From IMG/VR virus record IMGVR_UViG_3300032093_000174, positions 1-55,093 of that record: a stretch of DNA of 55,093 nt. One strand, given 5' to 3'. The stretch is from a virus (lineage: Duplodnaviria > Caudoviricetes). Made by a program: the position numbers and the translations under genes. The notes under the pieces were generated by a model. That model made no database searches. It saw only the letters and a program-made list of their open reading frames with translations, and was not told the DNA's origin. This document shows, piece by piece, positions 13,980 to 23,153 of this stretch (the stretch's first letter is position 1; each line of letters begins with the position of its first letter).

Positions 13980-14522
13980 GTGAGTAAAAAGAAGTGTCCC
14001 AAGTGGATTAAGGAATGTTGGGAGACTCACTCCAGCTCAGTGCTAGAGATTGATGTCGCAGTGGACTGGAGCGAACTGGACACTGAATGGAGTCGGTGCT
14101 GGTGCTGTGGCCATGAAACTAACAGGCTTCAAAAATGCCATATCGTCCCAAGTTCGCTTGGCGGCAGCGATTTAGCATCTAATTTTGTTCCATTGTGTTC
14201 CTTGTGCCACGATGAATCGCCTGATGTGAACGATCCACTAGAGATGCTTCAATGGATCAGGCAACAACAAAATCCCTTAAGTGGCCTTGGGCTTGGTCGT
14301 TATTGGCATCTAAATGATTTACTGCTAGAACTGTTCAACGATGCTGCAAAAAATTTTGACCAAGAATTATTCCAGGAGTGCCTAAAAAAAGCTTACAGTC
14401 AAGCGTCTTTTCATTTTTCTCAGTCTGGAGCTGGTATCAAGATGAAAAAAACAACAAGAGAATGGGTTCTTCGCAACGCCGTTACCTCGTACTTTGACAA
14501 GTTGGCAGCTATTGAATTATGA
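13980..14522 (+). CDS. HNH endonuclease
   Basis: CWCCG…CHIVP..LGGSD..SNFVPLCSLCH. Confidence 0.8.
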   Translation: MSKKKCPKWIKECWETHSSSVLEIDVAVDWSELDTEWSRCWCCGHETNRLQKCHIVPSSLGGSDLASNFVPLCSLCHDESPDVNDPLEMLQWIRQQQNPLSGLGLGRYWHLNDLLLELFNDAAKNFDQELFQECLKKAYSQASFHFSQSGAGIKMKKTTREWVLRNAVTSYFDKLAAIEL

Positions 14523-15070
14523 GCGCTTTTGTCACTGCAGACATCCACCTAGATCACGCAAAAATTCTTTCTTTTGACACCCCTGACGGAAGTCCATTGC
14601 GCCCTTATTCCTGCTTGGAAGAAATGCAGCAGGATCTAGAAGAGCGATGGAATGCCAAGGTGCATCAGAAAGATCGCGTGTATGTGCTGGGCGATGTTGC
14701 GTTTTCCAAGACGGGCCTGCGCCTGATGGAGCGGTTCAATGGGAAAAAAGTATTGATTGCTGGCAATCACGACCGACTTCCAGCCAAGCTATATCTTCAA
14801 TATTTTGAAGACATTCGTGGTGCTTATTTTCACCATGGCGACAGCACGATGCTGGGCGGACTAATCTTCACGCACATTCCAGTGCATCCCAAAGGGCTGG
14901 TTGGTCACTATCGCGGTAATGTCCACGGTCACCTTCATGCTCATCTCGTTTTCACAGACGAAGGGCAAGTGGATCGTAGGTATTTCAACGCATGCCTAGA
15001 AAGGAATGATTTCTCACCAATCCCATTAGAGTTGATTAAAGACTTCTTCAAAAGCCGTGAGCGAGCGTAG
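14519..15070 (+). CDS. calcineurin-like metallophosphoesterase
   Basis: DIH, LGD, GNHD, THIP and HGHLH motifs. Confidence 0.9.
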   Translation: MSAFVTADIHLDHAKILSFDTPDGSPLRPYSCLEEMQQDLEERWNAKVHQKDRVYVLGDVAFSKTGLRLMERFNGKKVLIAGNHDRLPAKLYLQYFEDIRGAYFHHGDSTMLGGLIFTHIPVHPKGLVGHYRGNVHGHLHAHLVFTDEGQVDRRYFNACLERNDFSPIPLELIKDFFKSRERA

Positions 15071-15269
15071 GACGTTTGACACGCCCATTCGTTGTAAATG
15101 GAACGCGCCCATTCATAATTTGTTGAAAGCCATTGATAATCACACCGAACTATTTCTTCTCCATGGAGACCCTTGGCATGCCGAAAAGGCAGCAGAACTC
15201 AGGGCTTATGTTCACGAACTAAAAACTTGGATCCACAAAGAAGAGCAAAATACCCTCAGCCAGATTTGA
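15057..15269 (+). CDS. hypothetical phage protein
   Basis: 70-aa ORF overlapping the previous gene. Confidence 0.65.
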   Translation: MSERRTFDTPIRCKWNAPIHNLLKAIDNHTELFLLHGDPWHAEKAAELRAYVHELKTWIHKEEQNTLSQI

Positions 15270-15324
15270 ACTGGCACTTGGCAGATTTTAAATCTGCGGC
15301 CTCTTCCGTTTGGGCTATGAGGGC
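15251..15324 (-). tRNA. trnL: tRNA-Leu(UAA), short variable loop, CCA not encoded
   Basis: Acceptor GCCCTCA/TGAGGGT plus A73; GCAGA-TTTAAAA-TCTGC; GCCAG-TTCAAAT-CTGGC. Confidence 0.9.
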
Positions 15325-15334
15325 GTGAGACAGA

Positions 15335-15481
15335 ACTTATCCCGCATTAGGGAATTAACAGGTGCGGCCTGTAGTTCTGTCAACAAGAACCATGAATGCT
15401 TCAACTCATTCACGGCATCTCCGAAACCAGCATTGACGAGGATACTGGTGCCGTTGGCCAACGGGCTCCTGCAGGAAGCCT
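15335..15481 (-). ncRNA. candidate multi-hairpin ncRNA or leader upstream of tRNA-Leu
   Basis: Extended -10 TGCTAAACT at 15494-15486; seven near-contiguous hairpins. Confidence 0.55.
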
Positions 15482-15488
15482 CAAAAGT

Positions 15489-15617
15489 TTAGCAGCGCCA
15501 GCTCCAAAACACAACCGCTCCTTGTGAGCACAATTGCTTATGTACGTGCCTTGCTTCTCGCAGAGGCACTACAACTTCTCTTTTCTGACCATGAAGGATA
15601 AACAACAGTCCAACCAT
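15489..15617 (-). CDS. 42-aa hypothetical protein
   Basis: Translated by hand (MVGLLFILHGQKREVVVPL…); starts 2 nt after the upstream stop. Confidence 0.45.
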   Translation of the reverse strand: MVGLLFILHGQKREVVVPLREARHVHKQLCSQGAVVFWSWRC

Positions 15618-15619
15618 GG

Positions 15620-15850
15620 CTAGATGTCATAAAGCTTGCATCGCGGAGAATCGGGGAATAGCGAACATTCCTTGTCCCACCAATCCCCCCTGTCTTTCTC
15701 TCCATTGAGCCAATAATATTGCTGCATGTGGTGAGCGTAGGCCTTTTCGGCCAGTTTGCGATCTTCCATGCTCACGCCAGGCTCTTGCATGGCATAAGCG
15801 GCTTCAATGGCAGCGTGAAACGCCTCTTCAGCAGCCCGAGAAAGAACCAT
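15620..15850 (-). CDS. CP12-like protein (C-terminal C-x8-C-K-L-Y-D)
   Basis: WWDKECSLFPDSPRCKLYDI; size typical of CP12; lacks the AWD_VEEL core. Confidence 0.55.
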   Translation of the reverse strand: MVLSRAAEEAFHAAIEAAYAMQEPGVSMEDRKLAEKAYAHHMQQYYWLNGEKDRGDWWDKECSLFPDSPRCKLYDI

Positions 15851-15874
15851 GGTGGAAACGCAAGTACGGCTAGT

Positions 15875-16063
15875 CTATTCAACGCTTTCTTTCTTTGCAA
15901 GTTGCTCCACCTTTAACTGCTGTTGCAGCTTTTTTAGGCGTGGCAGGAGCGAGGGTTCATAAAAGTGATCTGCTGCTAGCAGTTGAAGAGCAGTTTGCCT
16001 ATCAGCTTCTAACAATGCAACAAGATACGACACCTCCTTCAAAGAAAGATAAAAATGGTTCAT
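15875..16063 (-). CDS. hypothetical protein
   Basis: 62-aa ORF in the minus-strand operon. Confidence 0.6.
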   Translation of the reverse strand: MNHFYLSLKEVSYLVALLEADRQTALQLLAADHFYEPSLLPRLKKLQQQLKVEQLAKKESVE

Positions 16064-16111
16064 TTTTCAAAAAAGACGATAATTCTAAATTCCTGAAAAT
16101 TCTAGTGGTGA

Positions 16112-17488
16112 TCAGCGTACCAGACTATTCAGCCAATCAATATCATTATCCTTAGAGGCCTCAAGAATGGCACCAGCCAAGGCAAAAGCGTAGTCGTCTA
16201 CGCCCACTTCTTTGCCACCAGTTACCGCCCATTGCCCACTGCTTCTGTAGATAACACTGAGGTTTTTCAGTTGCTTGACGGCCTTCTCGTGAGGATACAT
16301 TTCAATAAGGCCAGCATTAAAGAGCTCCTTCATTTTGCTAAACGCTTTCATCTTGGTACTAACGGACCAAGCAAGTTCGGCAATGGGGAAGTCCTTAGAC
16401 ATGCTTTGAATGGTGCCAGAACTGTTGAACTGGTCAAGCACGATGCTTTGAAAATCGTAAATGCGATGGTGCTCCCTGATCCATTCTTCTACCTTGGCAA
16501 TATTCACTTCTTTCTTTCCGCCAATATCAAAATCAGGCTCAAAGGCATGAAATTTGTCCACCACTAGGCGCTCACCCTCGTAATGCACGATGCAAGCAGT
16601 GTAATCATCTCGACCCACGCCACCACGAGCAGGGTCAAGGGCTAGTACATATGTTCCCATTAGTTCACGCTGCGGAAACAAAATGCCCCTTTCTTTGTTC
16701 ACTGAAATGTCAACAATCTCCGCTGCCAACAATGCAGAGTTGTTCTTGGCAAACTGAGCACCATATTCCACCCAGAACTTATCAGGGTCGCGCTTTAGCT
16801 CAGCGTCAAGGAACGGACACCCCCATGGCAAATTTGGATTGACTGTCCAAGTGGCCAGGTTTTCCGCTTGCATGAACGGGTAGTCACCAGACGTGGCTTC
16901 GCAATAGTGCTGATAAAACAGACCATCAGTGAGCCATGGTGAAGATAGTTCCAGGATGCGACCGTGCTTACCAAACTGAGCGATGGAGGGAGACAGGGCT
17001 TGGTAAATGGCGCCAGCGCCACGGTTGGCATCGCCTTCAATGGCAAAGCTCAGCTCGTCCATGATCAGCATCACCACGGCTTTACCACGAGAAGCACGAG
17101 CCGATGCGGGGATGGCCTGGAACACGCAATTATTGCTCACTTCAATCTCAGTGGCTGTCTCCCTGGTAATTTCACCCACCAAGGGAGAGTCCATCAATAA
17201 TTGACGGATGTTGTTCAGGGCAAGCTTGGCCTGACTTTGATCGTTTGCAATGGTGAGGATGTAAAACTTTTCTGACTTTCTTACGCGCCTCTTGTATTGA
17301 TCCTCTAGAACGAAGCAGGCATAGAGCGCTGCAATGGAGGCCATGAGCGTCTTGCCACAGCGTCGGCCTAGTGCCCACACAGCGTGCGTCTTGTCTCCAC
17401 CAAAATAAGAATCAAGAATGCGCTTCTGCTCAGGCCACAGCTCCAATTGCAAAACTAGCTTGGCAAATTCACTGCATTTAAGCTTCAT
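16112..17488 (-). CDS. terL: terminase large subunit
   Basis: Walker A GRRCGKT, Walker B LIMDE, nuclease LALDPA and DD motifs. Confidence 0.92.
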   Translation of the reverse strand: MKLKCSEFAKLVLQLELWPEQKRILDSYFGGDKTHAVWALGRRCGKTLMASIAALYACFVLEDQYKRRVRKSEKFYILTIANDQSQAKLALNNIRQLLMDSPLVGEITRETATEIEVSNNCVFQAIPASARASRGKAVVMLIMDELSFAIEGDANRGAGAIYQALSPSIAQFGKHGRILELSSPWLTDGLFYQHYCEATSGDYPFMQAENLATWTVNPNLPWGCPFLDAELKRDPDKFWVEYGAQFAKNNSALLAAEIVDISVNKERGILFPQRELMGTYVLALDPARGGVGRDDYTACIVHYEGERLVVDKFHAFEPDFDIGGKKEVNIAKVEEWIREHHRIYDFQSIVLDQFNSSGTIQSMSKDFPIAELAWSVSTKMKAFSKMKELFNAGLIEMYPHEKAVKQLKNLSVIYRSSGQWAVTGGKEVGVDDYAFALAGAILEASKDNDIDWLNSLVR

Positions 17489-17970
17489 GCAAGTTCATCC
17501 ATGCTGCGCAACTTTTCTTTAGGGAAAAAATATGCAGGGCGTCCACGAGCCGGATCAGCCCAATATTTTCCCTCCATCGCCTCCTCTCCATAGCACCAGC
17601 CATGGATGAGGGTGGTCTTGTTTTCAATCGTAACCAAGACAAACTTCTTTTTCGGGCTTTCGTTTTTTTGGACGATTAAGTCATATTTATGCTTGCTTCT
17701 GGTTTTCACATCAATGCCAGGCAAATCATCGGAACCGCGCTTAGCTTCAGTTTCCTGATAAAGCAAAGGCTTCATGCCCAGATACGAGGCCACTGCCATT
17801 TCCCCTGCAGCGCCCAGCAGGTGAATATCCAGAGCTTTGATTCCTTGCCAGGCCCCACCATTACGCCCGCGCAAGCCTTTGCTTTCATTAAAGCCCTGGC
17901 GCCTCAGTCCTTCCTCCATGGCCAATTGACGTTCTTCATCGGTGAAGACAAATTCAATGGGAGTGGGCAT
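17485..17970 (-). CDS. putative PD-(D/E)XK nuclease-like protein
   Basis: GAAGEMAVA…DD..GIDVKT; ATGA-coupled to terL. Confidence 0.55.
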   Translation of the reverse strand: MPTPIEFVFTDEERQLAMEEGLRRQGFNESKGLRGRNGGAWQGIKALDIHLLGAAGEMAVASYLGMKPLLYQETEAKRGSDDLPGIDVKTRSKHKYDLIVQKNESPKKKFVLVTIENKTTLIHGWCYGEEAMEGKYWADPARGRPAYFFPKEKLRSMDELA

Positions 17971-18036
17971 GATCAAATGGACATCGTGGCTACTGTAGCC
18001 ACCAGTTAGCATGGATGCAACACATAATGCGGGAAA

Positions 18037-19866
18037 ATGTCGGAAGAAATCGTCAATCTTGGCCATAACGGCAATGAGAGCCTGCGAGTGGACGGTCTGG
18101 TGAATGCCCTCACAGGCATGGGTACTGGTCGCGACAAAAGCCAATTCACTTCCGCCCAGCCCATCGTCTTTCTCACACAGGAGGAACTAGAAAACCTCTA
18201 TTCCGAGTGGATTCCCAAGCGAATTGTGGACATCGTGGCCGAACAAGCCACCAGAAAAGGTTTCAAGGTGCTGTTTGGTGGAGAAGGTGCTGCTGCTGAA
18301 GAGGTGGCTGGCATTGAGCAAATCATTGAGGATTTGTACATCCTTGAGAACCTCGGCCTTGCTTGTAAAAATGCACGACTTTTTGGTGGCGCAGTTATTC
18401 TTCTGTACATCGACGACGGTCGCCCTGCAAACCAGCCTGTAGATCGACGGAACATCCGCAGTATTGAAGGCATGGAAGTGCTTGATCGCTGGCAGATTGC
18501 TCCAGTGATCAGCGAGGAAAGTCTCTACGACTATTCCAAGGCCACTTACTATCAAATCATTTCTGGCGACCTCATTCGCCAGCCACAACTCACTTACATC
18601 CATAAGGACAGGATTCTGAGGTTTGATGGGGAATGGCTTCCCTACAGGATCAGGCAGCGAAACTATGGGTGGGGAATGAGTAGTCTGCAGAGCGTTTATG
18701 ACAGCTTTCGTTTCTATTCCACTGGCATTAGTTCTGCAGCCACGCTTCTTACTGAATTTGACATCTTTGTGCATAAACTTCGTGGCCTGTCCACGATGCT
18801 TGCTGCTGGCAAAGAAAAGGACGTGCGTGATCGTCTGATTTTGAACGACATGAGCAAGAGCGTGTATCGCGGCTATGCAATTGACGCAGAGAAAGAAGAG
18901 CTGGAATTCATTAGCCGCAACTTTGGCGGCATTGGGGAAATTCTGGAGAAACTGCGCATTGATATTATTGGCGCCTCACAAATCCCCCATACCATTCTTT
19001 TTGGGGAAAGCCCTAGCGGATTGGGCTCCACTGGCCGGAGTGAAGAGCGCGACTTCGCGAAGATGCTGGGCGACTATCAGGCATCTCGGTTCAAGCGTCC
19101 AATCAAGCACCTCATGGAGATGATTCTCTTAAGCAAAGACGGTCCCACTAATGGACAAGTGCCTGATTCATGGCGCATTCATTTCAACGATTTGTTTGAA
19201 CTGAACGAAAGGGAGAAGGCTGACGTGAGGGCTCGCGTGGCGGCAGTAGACGGCCGTTACATCCAACTTGGCGTGCTCCACCCGAAAGAAGTGGCAGAGG
19301 CTCGCTACGGCGGTTCTGAGTGGTCAATGGAACTCACTCTCGACCCATCGCTTCCCCGTGAACTGCCGCAGCCCGGCGGTGAGATGAAAGTGCCTCCTGG
19401 TGGGCGCGACCCAATGAACGAAGAGAATGGCACTCTGCCGATGGACGGAAGTCGAGAAGTGCAGGATTCTGCAGGGCTTTTCTTAGAGCGCGATCTGGAG
19501 AAAGTAAAAGAAGATGCTGAGTTCAAAGACGAAGAACTCCACCAGCAAGCGGTTGCAGCAGCCAAAGCCAAGTTCAAGGTGTGGCCTAGTGCAGTGGCCG
19601 GTGCCTACGTGTCGCGTAAGTACAAGGAACTGTACAAGCGCAAGCATGGTTCAATGGAGGGAGCATTCAAAGGCAAGAAGACCACTGCTACCTACTTCAA
19701 AGAAGATGCCATTGAGCCCGTAAAAGTGGAGGGATTGATTTTGGGCGATTACGAAGAAGCTTCATTCATTTCTCCTGATGACATTGATGCTGCATTGAAT
19801 CAATGGAAGGAAACCGCTCCTGAGCGTTTCAAGGACATCCTGGAGTCGGAGAATGTTGAATCCTGA
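18037..19866 (+). CDS. portal protein (DUF1073 family) with C-terminal extension
   Basis: RIVDIVAE..R, ARLFGG, IHKDRILRF, IPHTILFGESPSGL.STG motifs; genomic position. Confidence 0.88.
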   Translation: MSEEIVNLGHNGNESLRVDGLVNALTGMGTGRDKSQFTSAQPIVFLTQEELENLYSEWIPKRIVDIVAEQATRKGFKVLFGGEGAAAEEVAGIEQIIEDLYILENLGLACKNARLFGGAVILLYIDDGRPANQPVDRRNIRSIEGMEVLDRWQIAPVISEESLYDYSKATYYQIISGDLIRQPQLTYIHKDRILRFDGEWLPYRIRQRNYGWGMSSLQSVYDSFRFYSTGISSAATLLTEFDIFVHKLRGLSTMLAAGKEKDVRDRLILNDMSKSVYRGYAIDAEKEELEFISRNFGGIGEILEKLRIDIIGASQIPHTILFGESPSGLGSTGRSEERDFAKMLGDYQASRFKRPIKHLMEMILLSKDGPTNGQVPDSWRIHFNDLFELNEREKADVRARVAAVDGRYIQLGVLHPKEVAEARYGGSEWSMELTLDPSLPRELPQPGGEMKVPPGGRDPMNEENGTLPMDGSREVQDSAGLFLERDLEKVKEDAEFKDEELHQQAVAAAKAKFKVWPSAVAGAYVSRKYKELYKRKHGSMEGAFKGKKTTATYFKEDAIEPVKVEGLILGDYEEASFISPDDIDAALNQWKETAPERFKDILESENVES

Positions 19867-20536
19867 TAATCTTTCCACCTTTAGCAGCGCCGTTCTTTCT
19901 GAAAGGATGGACGGCGAATGGTCTTACGACCCCATTAGCGGACGGTATAGAGGGAAGAACGGCCGCTTCTTGAGCCAAGCGGCAGTGGAGGCTTTAGTAG
20001 ACGGTCGCATCAAAAAGCTCGACAGCCAATTAAAAGACTTCACCAAGCGCTTGATAAACGGCAACATTACTATTGACCAGTGGCAAGGCAGCGTTCGTGA
20101 AGCCCTTAAGCCCGCTCACATTCAAGCCGCAATGGTTGGAGTGGGTGGCAAACAAGCTCTCTCTCAGTCTGACTATGGTCGCATCGGTCAAAGGCTTCGT
20201 TCGGAATACGCTTATCTTCAAAACTTTGCTTCTGATCTTTTGGGTGGCCGCATTTCTGCTCCCATGGCTCTTGCTCGTATCGGCCTATATGCTGAAAGCG
20301 TTCGTGGTTCTTACTGGGAAGGAACCACGATTCGGAGAGAAAAAGAAGGCTACACCTTGATGCGTCGCATCCTTGACGCGCAAGCAGTGCATTGTCAGGA
20401 CTGCATTGGTTACGCCGCTCGTGGCATTGTTCCCCTTGGAGCCGTACCGATGCCAGGCCAGCGGTGTGCATGTCGCTCCCGCTGTAAATGTCGCATTGAG
20501 CATTTGCGCCAGCAGTTTCCTAGTGTCGGCGTGTAA
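19853..20536 (+). CDS. head morphogenesis / minor capsid protein (Mu gpF-like)
   Basis: Follows portal; HC.DC…PG.RC.C..RCKC. Confidence 0.7.
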   Translation: MLNPDNLSTFSSAVLSERMDGEWSYDPISGRYRGKNGRFLSQAAVEALVDGRIKKLDSQLKDFTKRLINGNITIDQWQGSVREALKPAHIQAAMVGVGGKQALSQSDYGRIGQRLRSEYAYLQNFASDLLGGRISAPMALARIGLYAESVRGSYWEGTTIRREKEGYTLMRRILDAQAVHCQDCIGYAARGIVPLGAVPMPGQRCACRSRCKCRIEHLRQQFPSVGV

Positions 20537-20563
20537 TTTACGCTTTAGGATCGAGCGAGTTTC

Positions 20564-21793
20564 TTGCTTGATGTGGCAAAAATCTTGTATTGCGGCGATG
20601 TAGGAGTCCAAACTGGGTTTGGTCGCGTTGCTGAATATCTCATTCCCGCACTGGCGAAAGAGCATGAAGTGCATGCTCTGGCCGTCAATTGGCACGGCGA
20701 CCCCAATGAAATGCAGCAGCATTGCAAGATGTATCCTGCAATGGCCTATGGCTCCGATCCATTCGGTGCCCATCGCATGCGTGGGCTGGTTTCTGAAATC
20801 AAACCAGACGTTGTCTTTGTCGTCAACGACATCTGGGTGGCCATTCAGCTTTTCGATGTGGTCCAGGACTTAAAAGAGGGCATCGGGTTCAAGTGGATCA
20901 CTTACACCCCCATTGACTCCTACGGCTTGTTCCCAGAGCTGTTAGAGCCGCTGATGAAGTGGGACACTCTGATCACTTACACGGAATTTGCCAAGGAAGA
21001 AATTCAGAAGATTGGCTACGACAAGCCTATTCACGTTGTGGGGCACGGCACGGACTTCAGCAAGTTCTTTCCCATTGACAAAATGGAATGCCGCCAAGCC
21101 CTTGGCGTGCCAGAAGATGCTTTCGTGGTGTTCAATGGAAACAGAAACCAGCCACGCAAACGCATTGATCTAACCATCAAAGGCTTTATTGAATTTGCGC
21201 GAAATAAGCCTGATGCCCGTTTATGGCTCAATATGGGACCAAAGGATATGGGCTGGGATATTGTACCTTTATTCAAGCGCGTTGCTAGGGACTACGATTA
21301 CGACGCCACTGGGAAATTAATCCTGACCAGTCCAAACTTCGCCACACAGAATTGTCTTCCGATTGAACAGCTCAATCAGGTGTACAATGCTGTTGACGTG
21401 GGTGTTAATACTTGCCTGGGGGAGGGTTGGGGCCTCGTCAATACAGAGCATGCTGCCACCGGGGTAGCACAAGTGGTTCCAGACCATACAAGTCTGAAAG
21501 AAATTTTCAATGTCACCCGTCGCATCGCAATTGAAAGCTGGGAGACAGACAGGAATTATGGTCTAGAGCGGGGCCAGCCTTCACCTGGGGATCTTGCCTG
21601 CATCCTGAATGCCTACTACGAGGACCGCAAAAGCCTGGAAGACACAGGGAGCTGGTGCTATTCTCGCGTGCGTGAAAAGCAATTCACTTGGCCTTACGTG
21701 CAAAAGCAAATGGTCAAAATTATTGAAGACACTCTAAAAGTGAGGCCCCAATCTACTTTCAAGGGTTTTGGCGCTCCCGCTCGTATCAACTGA
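20564..21793 (+). CDS. GT-B glycosyltransferase (GT4-like)
   Basis: TGFGRV, HGTD..KF.P, NRNQPRKR and GEGWGL…E..ATG motifs. Confidence 0.9.
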   Translation: MLDVAKILYCGDVGVQTGFGRVAEYLIPALAKEHEVHALAVNWHGDPNEMQQHCKMYPAMAYGSDPFGAHRMRGLVSEIKPDVVFVVNDIWVAIQLFDVVQDLKEGIGFKWITYTPIDSYGLFPELLEPLMKWDTLITYTEFAKEEIQKIGYDKPIHVVGHGTDFSKFFPIDKMECRQALGVPEDAFVVFNGNRNQPRKRIDLTIKGFIEFARNKPDARLWLNMGPKDMGWDIVPLFKRVARDYDYDATGKLILTSPNFATQNCLPIEQLNQVYNAVDVGVNTCLGEGWGLVNTEHAATGVAQVVPDHTSLKEIFNVTRRIAIESWETDRNYGLERGQPSPGDLACILNAYYEDRKSLEDTGSWCYSRVREKQFTWPYVQKQMVKIIEDTLKVRPQSTFKGFGAPARIN

Positions 21794-21795
21794 TC

Positions 21796-22506
21796 ATGAA
21801 CATCTCTCAGATTTATCTTTCTGACAGCGAAGACCAAAGCCTGTCTCCGTTCCTGGATTATGCGACCACTACGGTCAAAAACGCTTTCCCAAATGACCAT
21901 CACACCATTTACAACAAAGAAAGTCTTCGGCAATTTATTGCTGACAACTACGACCCTGATGTCCTTTGGGCTTACGATTCTCTCCGTCCGTATTCTTACA
22001 AGGCTGACCTTGGTCGCTTTTGTCTTCTTAACAAGTTAGGAGGCTGGTATCTAGATATTGCCGTGAGAATGGTAAATTCAGTGGAGGTGGGGGATCGTAT
22101 TGAATGGTTAGCCTTCCGCGATATTCAACGCTTTAGTTACACCAGTTGGGCGTGCGCCACTACTGTGCTGTATTCCAAGCCGGATAATATTGCACTGATC
22201 ACTGCCATTGAAATGATCGTGAACAATTGTCACGAAAAATATTATGGCATCACGCCACTGTGTCCCACTGGCCCAACGCTTCTAGGGCAGGCTCTGGCTG
22301 CAAACGGAGGCAATCCCAATTTTGTCTATGGCGACTACCTGGAGCTGACTCCTACCCACGAACAAAAGAACCGAGCATTTGTTCTGCCAGACGGAACGAT
22401 CATGGCATGGAGCAAACCATCGGGAGGCGGTGATCTCACGGGGGTAGGCGCCAAGGGTGTAAACAATTACAACGAACTGTGGGCAAGCAGGAAGGTGTAC
22501 GCATGA
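21796..22506 (+). CDS. GT-A glycosyltransferase (Och1/GT32-like)
   Basis: KADLGRFCLL..LGGWYLD; CPTGP.LLG. Confidence 0.82.
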   Translation: MNISQIYLSDSEDQSLSPFLDYATTTVKNAFPNDHHTIYNKESLRQFIADNYDPDVLWAYDSLRPYSYKADLGRFCLLNKLGGWYLDIAVRMVNSVEVGDRIEWLAFRDIQRFSYTSWACATTVLYSKPDNIALITAIEMIVNNCHEKYYGITPLCPTGPTLLGQALAANGGNPNFVYGDYLELTPTHEQKNRAFVLPDGTIMAWSKPSGGGDLTGVGAKGVNNYNELWASRKVYA

Positions 22507-23153
22507 ACTTGACTGAACTTGCTAATTTTTACAACAGCGACAAAGGAAATTCTTACAAGTGCGCCCACTTTTATACCCAGCATTACGAGAAAGCGTTTGC
22601 TAAATACAAACAACAGCCTTCGCTTTCTCTCCTGGAAATTGGCTTAAACCGTGACGACTGCAGCGAAGTACCCTCGCTGCGTATTTACCAAAATTATTTT
22701 GGAGAGAAGGCCAGGTTATTTGGCTTTGACATTAGGGAGGAGTTTAAGGCTTTTGAGAAGGAAGGCTTTGAAATCTTCATTGGAGATCAATCTAATCCCG
22801 CTGATTTGGAGCAATGTTGTGCCAATCAATACGACATTATTGTCGATGATGGTAGTCATGCTTCTTCACACCAGCAAATTACACTTCGACACCTGTGGAG
22901 TGCATTAAAGCCTGGTGGCCTTTATGTAATCGAAGATCTGCACTGGCAGCCTTTTGAGGAAAGCTGTAGCAAGACTGTCAGCATCGCTAGGCAATGGATT
23001 GATGGCAAGCTAGAGGGTGGTGAGCACTTACCAGTAGAATGGCTCAACACTTTTGCCCAAGAAGTGGAGAACATTGAATTACTGCCATCTGCTAGTCCAT
23101 TGCATCCTTCTCACCTGACGAAGAACGCCCTTCTCTTTCTCTGGAAAAAATAA
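22503..23153 (+). CDS. class I SAM-dependent methyltransferase (sugar O-methyltransferase-like)
   Basis: SDK…H.Y…Y, LLEIG, GDQS, DIIVDDGSH and LKPGGLYVIEDLH motifs. Confidence 0.85.
   Translation: MNLTELANFYNSDKGNSYKCAHFYTQHYEKAFAKYKQQPSLSLLEIGLNRDDCSEVPSLRIYQNYFGEKARLFGFDIREEFKAFEKEGFEIFIGDQSNPADLEQCCANQYDIIVDDGSHASSHQQITLRHLWSALKPGGLYVIEDLHWQPFEESCSKTVSIARQWIDGKLEGGEHLPVEWLNTFAQEVENIELLPSASPLHPSHLTKNALLFLWKK

Noticed and set aside
18037-19866. Anti-CBASS Acb1 label sometimes given to DUF1073 proteins
   Set aside because: Position and motifs indicate a portal; no paired HxT/S phosphoesterase motifs recognised
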